DNA of 63,764 nucleotides from Squalus acanthias. Its lineage: Eukaryota. The stretch covers positions 199,144,237-199,208,000 of the forward strand of contig CM059426.1 of NCBI GenBank assembly GCA_030390025.1, in the 5' to 3' direction. Under the pieces are notes generated by a model. That model was not told where the DNA came from. It ran no database searches and worked only from the letters and a program-made list of their open reading frames with translations. A program made the position numbers and the translations under genes. Below are positions 1 to 11,198 of this stretch, one piece after another (the first letter of the stretch is position 1; each line of letters begins with the position of its first letter).

Positions 1-259
1 GTGATTTTTCTGCCTGATTCAAAATGACCACATAGAAAATACTCAAACAGAGCTACAGAGAGCTGATTCATGGAGAATCTCAGAAAACCATTTTCAAATA
101 TATAATGGAAATCTGTATTGCTTGTGTTTTTCTCTTGCTGTAATTTATCTATTTGCCTGTGAAGCAAAACAACATGTTTTAGCTAACTGATTTGGGATAG
201 TGAGAGAAACAATCAGCTAAAGAGGAAAGAAAATAAATATTTCACATGAGATATAGTGA

Positions 260-650
260 AGGACAAGAGGCAGCCACTCACTCCACTGAACCCGTTCCTC
301 AGCACTCCGACTCTCAGCTTTAGCATCTACATTATCTTGAACTCTCCTAATGTCTTTGGTTACACCACCTTACCTTGGAGATAACTCCAAACGTTTGTCG
401 CCTTTTGGGCAAAGACTCTTGGTTCAACTTCTCCACACCATTTAATGCTTTATATACCTCAATGAGATCACCTGGTAATCTTTCCCCCCTTGACCGTGGA
501 GCTTAACCTTCTCTAATCTTTTGTCCGCGCATCCTCTTTACATTTGGAATCGGTTTTGTTGCTCTTCTGCCCTCTCTCTCCAATGTAGGTATGTCCCTTT
601 CGAAGTGGTGCAACCAGAACTGCACAAGTAGGTTTAACTACTGTTTTACA
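260..650 (-). mobile_element. Highly degraded CR1 LINE 3' fragment
   Basis: Reverse strand retains remnants of CR1 C-terminal motifs (CVQFW-like near 605-625, GDLIE-like near 460-475); many indels. Confidence 0.55.
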
Positions 651-799
651 AAGCCTCAGCTTCACTTCTGCAGACTTAAGTGGAAAAGCATGTCCATGGC
701 TGGTTCACTGAAGGCCTCAGTAACATTGAAACCCAAATCAGACTCTCCGAAGGTGCATGGCAGATGGCAGGGATGGCGTCCGAGTCGGATGCCTTCCTT

Positions 800-932
800 T
801 GCGGCACTATCAGAGAGGGCTTCTCTACCAATCAGAACATCCTGGAGCAAGTGGCAGCTCCAGAACTTCTGCACACATCCCGCTGAACACAGAGGCCTCC
901 TGACACATTACTCCATGGATATATTGAGGAAT
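800..932 (-). pseudogene. PIF/Harbinger transposase remnant, downstream part (split by CR1 insertion)
   Basis: Joined to 2695-2840 the minus strand reads ...MYSPRRLFLNISME*CVRR...CHLLQDVL, resembling the N-terminal pattern of HARBI1-like transposases (YRPR..LDLSEEQCLRRLR...ELCHLLQ). Confidence 0.55.
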
Positions 933-2694
933 TTATAATGGGGAACAAGGAAATGGCAGAGCAATTAAACAAATACTTTGGTTCTGTCGTCACAGAAGAG
1001 GACACAAATAACTTCCCAGAAATGCTAGGGAACCAAGGGTCTAGTGAGAAGGAGGAATTAAAGGAAATTAGTATTAGTAAAAAAATAGTGCTGGAGAAAT
1101 TAATGGGACTGAAAGCTGATAAATCCCCAGGGCCTGATAATCTGCATCCCAGAGTACTAAAAGAGGTAGCCATGGAAATAGTGGATGCATTGGTTGTCAT
1201 CTTCCAAAATTCTATAGATTATGGAACAGTTCCTACAGATTGGAGGGTGGCAAATGTAACCCCACTATTTAAAAAAGGAGGGAGAGAGAAAACAGGGAAC
1301 TACAGACCGGTTAGCCTAACATCAGTAGTAGGGAAAATGCTAGAGTCTATTATAAAGGATGTGTTAACAGGACACTTAGAAAATATCAATGGGATTAGAC
1401 AAAGTCAACATGGATTTATGAAAGGGAAATCGTGTTTGGCAAACCTGCTAGAGTTTTTTGAGCATGTAACTGGTAGAATAGATAAGGGAGAACCAGTGGA
1501 TGTGGTGTATTTGGATTTTCAGAAGGCCTTTGATAAAGTCCCACATAAGAGGTTAGTGTGCAAAATTAAAGCACAGGGGATTGGGGGAAATATACTGGCA
1601 TGGATTGAAAATTGGTTAACAGACAGGAAACAGAGAGTAGGAATAAATGGGTCTTTTTTAGGGTGGCAGGCGGTGACTAGTGGGGTACCGCAGGGATCAG
1701 TGCTTGGGCCCCAGCTATTCACAATATATATCAATGATTTGGATGAGAGAACCAAATGTAATATTTCCAAGTTTGCTGACGACACGAAACTAGGTGGGAT
1801 TGTGAGTTGTGAGGAGGATGCAAAGAGGCTTCAAGGCGATTTAGACAAGTTGAGTGAGTGGGCAAATACATGGCAGATGCAGTATAATGTGGATAAATGT
1901 GAAGTTATCCACTTTGGTAGGAAAAACAGAAAGGTAGAGTATTATTTAAACAGTGATAGATTGGGAAATGCTGATGTACAAAGGGACCTGGGTGTCCTTG
2001 TACACCAGTCACTGAAAGCAAACATGCAGGTGCAGCAAGCAGTTAGGAAGGCAAATGGTATGTTGGCCTTCATTGCAAGAGGATTTGAGTACAGGAGCAA
2101 GGATGTCTTACTACAGTTGTACAGGGCCTTGGTGAGACCACACCTGGAGTACAGTGTGCAGTTTTGGTCTCCTTACCTAAGAAAGGATATACTTGCCATG
2201 GAGGGAGTGCAGCAAAGGTTCACCAGACTGATTCCTGGGATGGCAGGACTGTCATATGAGGAGAGATTGGGTCGACTAGGCCTGTATTCACTAGAGTTTA
2301 GAAGAATGAGAGGGGATCTCATTGAAATGTATAAAATTCTGACAGGGCTAGACAGACTGGATGCAGGGAGGATGTTTCCCCTGGTTGGGGGGTCTAGAAC
2401 GAGGGGTCACAGTCTCAGGATACGGGGTAGGACACTTAGGACTGAGATGAGGGGAAATTTCTTCACTCAGAGGGTGGTGAACCTGTGAAATTCTCTACCA
2501 CAGAAGGCTGTGGAGGCCAAATCACTGAATATATTTAAGAAGGAGATAGATAGATTTCTAGACACAAAAGGCATCAAGGGGTATGGGGAGAGAGCGGGAA
2601 TATGGTATTGAGATAGAGGATCAGCCATGATCATATTGAATGGCGGAGCAGGCTCAAATGGCCTACTCCTGCTCCTATTTTTCTATGTTTCTAT
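933..2694 (+). mobile_element. 5'-truncated CR1 LINE, young copy
   Basis: 516-aa ORF with KSPGPD, YRPVSLTS, YLDFQKAFD, GVPQGSVLGP, FADD; CR1 3' end with TTCTATG-type tail; GAAT duplicated at 929-932 and 2695-2698. Confidence 0.97.
938..2488 (+). pseudogene. CR1 ORF2 reverse transcriptase region (no endonuclease; premature TGA at the NLW motif)
   Basis: Uninterrupted RT domain. AAC CTG TGA AAT TCT replaces the NLWNS seen in other copies in the window (e.g. ORFs 16670 and 48888). Confidence 0.93.
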
Positions 2695-2840
2695 GAATAA
2701 TCTTCTAGGACTGTACATCCTGGTGGCTGGGTGTTAGGAGGGTCTGGATTTTCAGCGGTGATGCCTTATGAGCTGGGCTTCCCGGGTTGCCTGCTCTTCC
2801 TCCTCCTCTTCCTCCTCCAACATGAGGAGGGGAATTCTCA
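2695..2840 (-). pseudogene. PIF/Harbinger transposase remnant, N-terminal part
   Basis: Minus strand MRIPLLMLEEEEEEEEQATREAQLIRHHR*...RMYSPRRLF continues in frame across the excised CR1 into 932-800. Confidence 0.5.
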
Positions 2841-3202
2841 TGGGGAGAAACCTTTTCACAGTCTTCCCCTTCATTTTAGGGAAATTCCTCAAAGAAGAAA
2901 CAGTCTTGAGGGAGATTTTCAAATGAAGCTGGGAGTGCCAGAAATAAAGAGCAAAAATAACATTTGACAAATCGTCAATCTAAAGTAAAGTTGTGAACCT
3001 CTATCTAGCAGCACAATGAAACACATGTAATTCACCTTTCAGATACCAGCATCAGTCTCCCTCATCAGCTGCTCTAAGTTACCCCTGTTTTAAAATGGCA
3101 CAAGTTAGATCGGGGGATTCGAAGGCGGAAAGGACGGATTTAGTATGGATGATATCATCCTGGTCCAACATAGCAGTTGCATGGACGCACCTTGGGTAGG
3201 AT

Positions 3203-3405
3203 GAAAGAAAGAACTTACATTTCCATAGCACCTTTTACGACCTCAGGATGTCCCAAAGCACTTTGCAGCCAATGATGTGCTTTTCAAGTATCATCACTGT
3301 TGTAATGTAGGAAACGTGGCAGCCAATTTGCGCACAGCAAGCTCCCACAAACAGCGATGAGATAATGACCAGATAATCTGTTTTAGTGATGTTGGTTGAG
3401 GGATT
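3203..3405 (-). mobile_element. DeuSINE (SacSINE1-like) 3' fragment
   Basis: Reverse complement of the 3' half of the SINE at 12945-13390. Confidence 0.85.
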
Positions 3406-3433
3406 AATTAGATGCCCAGAGTGTTAAGAAATA

Positions 3434-3797
3434 CAGGAAACTCTTGTTTAACCGGCACCTAAATATCCGGAATTCTCTCTTAACCGGCAAAAATCATACT
3501 CCGAAAACTCCTCTCAAATAACCGGCAATGTTGCCGAGTCTGAGTCCGAGTCTCCCGCGAACGCCGAGTAATCCGAAAACTCCTCTCAAATAACCGGCAA
3601 TGTTGCCGAGTCCGAGTCCGAGTCTCCCGCGAACGCCGAGTTAGTCAGTGGGGGTAGTTCTCCAAAGTGCCACTACTCGGCCTCCTGGCGCTGTCGTTAA
3701 AAATAGCCTCGGTAGATATAACTCTCCGTTATCCGGAACTTTTGATCAACCGGCACCACGCCGGTCCCGTCGGTGCCGGATACCAAAGAGTTTCCTG
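3434..3797. mobile_element. Tc1/mariner-pogo (Tigger-like) MITE
   Basis: 26-bp imperfect TIRs CAGGAAACTCTTGTTTAACCGGCACC / GGTGCCGGATACCAAAGAGTTTCCTG; TA on both sides (3432-3433, 3798-3799); CpG-rich. Confidence 0.88.
3501..3641 (+). repeat. 72-bp tandem duplication inside the MITE
   Basis: CCGAAAACTCCTCTCAAATAACCGGC...GAACGCCGAGT begins at 3501 and 3573, nearly identical. Confidence 0.92.
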
Positions 3798-4439
3798 TAA
3801 TAGTAAAAGAAACACAATTATTTAAATATTGTAACAAAGGATTATTTTACTTCTTAGAGTTGCAATCTTTTTATTATTTTGTTCGCTGGACAAGTTAGGT
3901 GGAAGAATGCTTACTGTAAATATGAAACTATCTAATACGACTGTTTCTTATGTACTTGTTCATCATGGGAACAGAGCGGTAATGGGTTGGAGATGGCAGA
4001 GCGCCCTTACTGACCTGTTCTGGCTGCCACCACCGTCATTGGGGCCTTCACGTGGGCAGCCCAGGCACCTGCCTGTTTTAGGCGAGGACCTCATTTTAAT
4101 GCGAATCGGGGTCCTGTGACACACATGGCATGATCGTGCCTCCCACCCGGGTTTAAAATCGCCCCCAATGCCTCTAATCTTCCTCAATTGAAACAGTTCC
4201 AGTTGGTCAGCTGCCCCTTGTTATGTCCGAATACACACTCAAATTGGTGTGCTCACAACTGGCTGCTTTTATTTTCAGACCCTCAAGAATATCCTGTCAA
4301 AGAACAACAAAGCAAGTGAAGACATTGGAGTGTCATTGCTACAACATGCTTACTCCCATAAAGGGGCCATCTAGTGTTCAGTTAACAATATGCAAGTACC
4401 ATACATATCAGCCCAGTCATCAGTCCTAGAAAGAAGAAT

Positions 4440-6485
4440 GCCTAATTTTGAGAACTTTACCAAGTTAGGTGGGATAGCAGGACATTTGGAGGAAAGGAAC
4501 AGAATTCAAAGAGATTTAGCATTGAATTCAAAATGCTTTATCAATTGAGCAACTGATAGCCGATGGTATTTAATATTGAGGTCGCACCGTAAATAATATA
4601 TAACATTGCAAAGGATTAACTAAATCAGAACAAAGGTCAGGGTGTGGCGGATCGCCACCTAAACGGGCGCGATCCACTTTTCCGTCCGTGGACAATAAAT
4701 CGGGCACCTTGCCTTTAAGGCGCATGCTGCCTTTAAGGCATGAAAAAAGGAGTGGGTGTCGCCCTCAGTGTGAACTTAAAAAGAGCGGGCGTCGCCCTCA
4801 ACCAGTAGGGTTTTGCAGAGAGAAGTTGTAGCAGCCATTTTTCCAAGGAGTATGTAATTAAAAGCCATGTGCTCCACATATTGACTCGGCCTCAATTCGT
4901 GCTTCGCGGCAGCCACAATAAGGGTGCCATAGCCGACTAAATATGGAAAGCACGATTGCATTGTAGCACAACAGTTGGAAACGAAACACATCGCTGGGTT
5001 ATGTAAGCTTATCCATAGACTAGAAGGCCAAGAAAGTGATACTGATTCTCTGTAGAGCATTATCGAGGGACACATGCAGTATCATGTGCGACAGTGACAC
5101 CAGAACTAAAGAGAAGCACTGAGGCAGTGGTTAGAACTCAGAAACAAGCAACAAAGGAATTTTCGGCTTTTAAAAATCACTGAGTATCTAAGAGGCAAAG
5201 GGGGAGAAATTCAGTATCGCCCCATTTGGGGCGCAATTATCGGCCGGGCGCAAAGATTAGCGCCTGGCGCTAATTATCGCCACCGACTGCAAACTTGACT
5301 TTTATCGCCCCTGGAGGTGATTGCAGCGCTAAATCAGGCGCTTCACACCTGTCTTAAGGCGCAAAGGCCGAGGAGCGAGGCGCTACCTCAGAACGCTGGC
5401 GAAGCTCATGTGATGTCAGTCAGCAATGGAACACACACACAATGGCACAGGCCAGTTCTTAAAGGGGATGGTTAATCTTGCTTTCCATCCACATCCTGCT
5501 CATTGCAGCCTTGAATCTCGGCCTGGAGAGACCTGCACATCAAATGTGCTGGAAAGAACAATGGAGAGTACCAGGCAAAGAGCTCAGAGTGCAGCCCCCA
5601 TAGTCTCTGCTAAATCGATACAAGGAATGGCAAATCAAAATGAACCTGCAAAGTGCTGCTCAGTACCCAAAACTCCTTCACACAACGTTGAATCTCTCCA
5701 GAAGTCTCTCCCTCTCTCTCTCAGAATGCATAGTTCAAAAATGGCACCAACAATAAAAGGCAGGAAGCGGTCACCTTTAAATAGCGCTCCCCATTTCCCT
5801 ACATGACTGCAGAACGCTCCCCTCAACCTGTCGTTGCCAGCGTCAGGCGGTAAGGCAGGGGGCGCCACTCAATATCCGCTCCGGGGCGATACCGGGGCGA
5901 TACCGGGGCGTTGCGCACTCGAGTGACGTCACGATCTGCCGGCGCAAGAGATCGTGGCGGTAGTGTTTAGCGCCACTGCAAAATGTCTAGTTAATTTCGT
6001 GAGCGGCGCAAACTTCGCCGCGCCCGGGCGCTAGATGCTTTGCACCCCATTAGCGCCCTCTTAAGGCACTAACGGGAGGCGCAACCAACTGAATTTTTCC
6101 CCCAAAGCATGTTAAAAAATTATTCTTTTTTGAAAGCAATAAGGGATTCAATTGAGTGGATGGCTAAAGTTATTTGATGTCAAATCAGTGCAGGACAGCC
6201 AGAGCAAATGATTGCAAGTTAAAGAGGTCACGAGCTAAGTGTATTGCCCTCAGCCTTACCACTAACTTATGGAACAGACTATCATCTAGTGTAGTAAATG
6301 TTACTTTGTGTTAAGCACTCAGAGGTGAACTGGATAGATTTAACAGCGAACAGAGAGGCACAAAGGAGATTTTTTTTTTACAAAATGGTCGGATAGGGTT
6401 CTAAAAGACCCAAATCACAGGGTAACTTTGATGGGCTAAAGGGTCTTTTCTAACTTATGCCATTCTCATCTTATGTTCTTATGTT
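4440..6485 (+). mobile_element. Old degraded CR1 LINE, interrupted by insertions at ~4635-5000 and 5200-6103
   Basis: Degenerate TKLGG region (~4460), SKEVIL..LYRAL-like region (~5025-5090) and CTTATGTT tail at ~6470-6485. Confidence 0.55.
5200..6103 (+). mobile_element. ~890-bp non-autonomous PIF/Harbinger element, copy 1 (subfamily A)
   Basis: TIRs GGGGGAGAAATTCAG / CTGAATTTTTCCCCC; 3-bp TSD AAA; three other copies in window. Confidence 0.92.
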
Positions 6486-6529
6486 CGAGGATGCACAGAT
6501 AGTCTGGACGTGCCTGCATTTACAGAGAA

Positions 6530-6645
6530 TGACATAGAAATTACAGCACAGAAACAGGCCATTAGGCCCAACTGGTCTATGCCGGTGTTTATGCCCCACA
6601 CGAGCCTCCTCCCACCCTACTTCATCTCACCCTATCAGCATATCA
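6530..6645 (-). mobile_element. CR1 3' tail fragment
   Basis: Same ACAGCACAGAAACAGGCCATT...CCTCCTCCCACCCTACTTC tail as at 12245, 13762 and 49881, where it adjoins CR1 coding sequence. Confidence 0.8.
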
Positions 6646-9094
6646 AATTGACCCATCGAGAATTGACCCCAGCACTATTCTCAAACAGAAGCAACTTGCC
6701 CTTTGATAGAAGAAAGGTGCGATCAAATAGCAAAAACACTGTGGCAGTGATCCGATGCTGGCTCATCACTTGCTATCTTATCCTTTGCCTGTCTTCAATC
6801 CTCCAGAACAGTGGCACAACATTGACTACTCAGCGATTACTCACTGACTACAGCCTGCTCGTAGTCTTCTAAAATTGTATTAGGCTGGCCTCTCAACCAG
6901 CTCACCTTGACATCTATAAAAGAGACAGACGTATAAGCAATCTAAGAGTGTGAAATGAGGGAAAATACTAAATAAAATCATTTTCATCCACATCTTTTAC
7001 AGCTGCTTTTTTCATTTTTCAGTGCCACATAAATATATCAACTCTTAAACCAGACGGCAAGGATTTACTGTAATGTAATTAAATAAAAAAGCTAAAAGGA
7101 ACCATCAAAATTTATAGCATCAAAGCTAAAAGGTGTCCTATTTTATTCCTTTTATTAAATTGACAAAATAAAACAACACCAATCAAGAGCAAAGTCCATT
7201 CACATGGCACCTGTCCAAAATGATTTAGTGGGTTTTCATGAAATCAAAAGCTTCCCTCCCGGTGATATGAACCGAAAAGGTGACTTTTCATTACTAAACT
7301 GTAGCAGAGTAACTTTTGTGCAGATTAAATTCTGCGTTAGTAATCTCTTTAGTCAGGCGTGAGTCGGCACACCTGCACCAACTACGCAGAGTGATATTGG
7401 AATTGCAATTCTTCGGGCTGACTAATCCCATAATTTTGTGCTACAAATGTGCTTCCTACTCCCGTTGAGGAGGACTCGGTGGAAAGAAAATGCTTCCGAA
7501 CTCTCATTTTGTACAATTTAATCAGTTGTGCGCCTTGAGTTCGAGACCTCAGGTCAATTTAACGTGCACTGGCCAGTCTTCTTATTTCGGTGGCAGAGTG
7601 TCAGTTCATGAAATCGGCACAAATATCTAAACTCGCCATCAGCATCAATGCTTAGCAATTTTTAAAAATGCTTGGCCTGGTTTCGGCAAATAAAATGTGC
7701 AATTTCAGTCGTTATTTACAAAGCATTTATATTATAAGACTGCTCATTTAATTGCTCGCAGTGCGCCTATTCAATTATACGGTTATCAGGAGCAGCCCCA
7801 ATATAAGTTTATTGGGCACATTTAATTTATTATACAGATGTGAAACTTATGCAAAGCCCAGGAAATGCATTTATGTAAAACTAATGCTCATCCACAAAAC
7901 ATGCGTCAAATTTACACAAACAATTTGTCCCATGTAAAGTTCAAGACTAACACTGTAAAATATTGGATAATAGATTTCACATTACAGAAAAAACGCAGCC
8001 AAGATTCTTTACAGTATGCTATAGATACACATGCACTGCATGAATAGAATATTGTGAATGAAGTTGCTGAAAGTCTTATTTATTCTATTTATGTAGAACT
8101 TTACTGTTAATGTCAAGGTGTGGGGCAGGTTGGATAGACCAGTAGGTCTTTTCCCAGCAGTCAGTTTTGCATGTTTAGTAACTTCAATCGCAATATCCTG
8201 TACGGGTAACACGACAAGAGGTGAGGAGGTACAGGGAAAAGCTTCTCATTCACGCTGTAGCTAGCAGCCAGCAATGGTTACTTCATCACTTGGAATGCCA
8301 AGGGAAATCATTTGGCATTTTCAAAACATTTTTGGCAAAATATTTTTTTCAGTTTGCACTGAATACTTGCAAAGAATGTAAGAAGTTTATTTTCCAACAA
8401 ACAGATGTTTTCATTTCTCAAGTTGAATGCTGTTTCACTTTGACTTTTTTTCAAGTGAACAATTTCTCAGCCTCTAAATAAAGGTACTTGGTGAGATGTG
8501 ATTTATATTGTCACGGGGGTTGGATGAGGTCCTAACTCAAGAGAAAAGCAGCAGTGAGAGTCGTTCTGCTTTTCCTCAGCATGCACTCACGTTCTGACCA
8601 AATCCCTCCCAGCCATCGCATCTTTCCCAACTGTATTTCCCCCTGTTTAATTTAATTTCCTGCATATTCTCCGGTACTTGTTCAAATACAAATCTGCCAA
8701 GAATCAGTATCAAAGCAACTCAATCGATTTCATACTTTGCCTTTTCACTGATTTGTACACAAGAATTATTTTAATCTGTACGCTATTATATAGAAACTCA
8801 TTCATCAAAAAAAATAAGACCAATCAAAAACTTGAAAAACCTAAAAGAAGTCAGCCCTGATCCTGGTCTCACTTTTCCTTGAACCAAAACTATACACTAG
8901 AGAGAGAATACACTTTGCAATTCTGCTCCCTGATTCCTCAGATAACAGGTACACCCACACTGCCACAACTGTGCCCAAGATTCCCTGAAATTTTCCAAGA
9001 AAATATGTGATCATGCATGTTTCTCTAAGGATTTCACCAGTCACTTCTAGAATTGTCCACATATACCAGAAATTCTGTAGGTGGGGCATCTCAT

Positions 9095-9285
9095 GATCAG
9101 CGAGCCCATATTCCATATTGCCACAAGAATCCTGTGCGATATGGGAATGGTGTCGAATTGGGAGCATAGTCTCACCTGTGCGATATGGGAATGATGTAGA
9201 GATGGAACCCAGTCTGACCAGTGAGATATGGGAATAGTGGGAATGGTGTAGAGATGGGAGCATAGGCCCAACAGTGAGATATGAA
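9095..9285 (+). repeat. Degenerate ~44-bp minisatellite (3-4 units)
   Basis: Recurring GTG(C/A)GATATGGGAAT..TGT....TGGGAGCATAG units at about 9134, 9178, 9221 and a partial one at 9274. Confidence 0.75.
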
Positions 9286-10530
9286 TTTTGATTCACAAAT
9301 CTCACATTAATAGCATGAGATTAGAATTTTGACTTTAATGTGAACTTAATATCATTTTTATTTCCCTCGATTATTTGATTGATGGTGTTGCTCAGGGAAT
9401 GAGCTAGTTGGCAAATGATTAATGCAGTTTATCTTTTTGCTAACTTTTTTAGATGTAGGAGTTGGGGATCTCCAAGGAGCTTTACAGACTCTTGCCTGTG
9501 CATTTTATGATGTTTAATATCGATAGATTAGAGAACTCAAATGGAAATCATTTAATTGAATGCCCAGCTGATAGCTCTTAATGTATTAGTTAACATTTAA
9601 CCACTCTACGCAGTTAGTGGTGCTTGTCTGGAGTGGGCTACCCAGAGAAGCAGTGAGGGCTGGCTGAATCAGCAAATTTAAGAGAGAGGTGCTCAAATTT
9701 GGCAAAGGGGAATGAGACCTATTGTGGGAATAAAATATTTCCCAGACACTGGAACTGGCCAGTACCCCAATCCCAGACCTCCCTGTGTTCCTATTGTTTG
9801 GTTTATTATTTTAAATACATTTAGCAAGCAAAATGATTCATAATTTTCACCAAGAATGCATACTATAGTTGAATATAAAATTATATATTCACAGTGTTGA
9901 TCCTGCAATGTTTAGAGTATTTGTATATTGTAAGATATCATTCACTACAAGTTTCATTTTGGATATTTCATGTGTATTTTAAATATACAATTTGTCTTGC
10001 GCGGACCAAGTCATTTATCATGTAGCGTCAGTGTGAACATTTGCTTTAAACACACCATGCTATGGTGTTTGAAATAAATGAATTCTATTTTAGCACTTCT
10101 CCGAGTGCTGACTTTCCTTTTAGATTACAACATATATTAATGGAAGGCATCCAGCCACAGCCTGCCTCTGCACAAGCCTGTCGAATATTGTGTTAGAAGT
10201 GGTCCTTTGCTACATTTGGGTCCTGCTTCAATTAGTATAATACAGCGCCGGTGGTGGATTGCACCATTTCAATCTGTTATGAGACACGCGATCTTAAAAT
10301 GCACATTTGTAAAATGTGCTTTGAGGTAATGCAGTGCTCGATTATTAATTACAAGGGCCGATTATGCAGTCCCATCGCGGTGCCAGTGGGACTGGGACAC
10401 AACGGATGAGTCTCGACAAGCCCAAAGAAAAGAATGTTGCCTTAAAATCCAGTTACCTGCTGAGGAATAACAACCAACCCATCACCCCTCCGTCACCTTT
10501 GAAACACAGGAGGGGTGTTGGGGGGGGGTG

Positions 10531-10710
10531 GGGGAGAGTAATTTTAATCTAATCCGCCCATCGGGAATCTGACGGGATTGGGTGCAACGCTGGTTTTACA
10601 ACCCACCTGATTTTATTCTCCAGGTGAGTAATATTGGACGGGGTGTAAACCAGCGTTCCACCCGATCCGGTGGGATTCTCGTCCAACAAGTTTGGTTAAA
10701 ATTGCCCCCC
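10531..10710. mobile_element. Short palindromic MITE (Harbinger-like)
   Basis: Ends GTAATTTTAATCT / GGTTAAAATTGCCCC; internal arms AACGCTGGTTTTACA / TGTAAACCAGCGTT; similar element at 39565-39703. Confidence 0.65.
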
Positions 10711-11198
10711 GGTTCTGCCAATTTTAGCTTACTGCCCCCATTTGTATCAACAGTTGGTGGAAAATATTACATTTCTTTGTGTAAATATTGAGATGTTAAC
10801 AGCCCAAAGCATTATTTCTGTTTTCAGTTAAAGCTGTAGTAAAACCTGCCAATTTCTAATCTAGAGAGTTGGATGTGGCTGCATTCCCCTCCTCGCTGGA
10901 GGTGTGGAGCAATTTTCAATTCCAACGTATGTTGGACAGCGTGTATACTGTGCCCGCCTGAAGGGATTGGCTTTGGGCCTGCACCATTTTCATGGTTGGG
11001 CCTCATTGACATTCATTTGTTGAGTTGCTTGCGTGAAATGTGTTCTGAGGGCAGGAGGTGAGGGGGGCGGGGTGACCGAATGTAGCAGCACCTTAAAGGG
11101 AAGAGCTTGAAGCGTCAAGAGTGAAAGGGAGCAGTAGTTAAAAGCAGCAGGCAATTTTTTTGCAGCACCGTCAGCAGAGAGAAGATTACATACTGGAA

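Noticed and set aside
5426-5806. Recurrent 114-126-aa ORF (MEHTHNGTGQFLKG...) in the 890-bp elements as a novel protein
   Set aside because: Similarity reflects TE copy identity. Copy 3 has an internal stop, the C-termini differ with (CT)n length, and the frame crosses the inferred deletion junction.
8538-8580. Hairpin GAAAAGCAG...CTGCTTTTC as a miRNA precursor
   Set aside because: Stem only about 9-11 bp, too short for a pre-miRNA.
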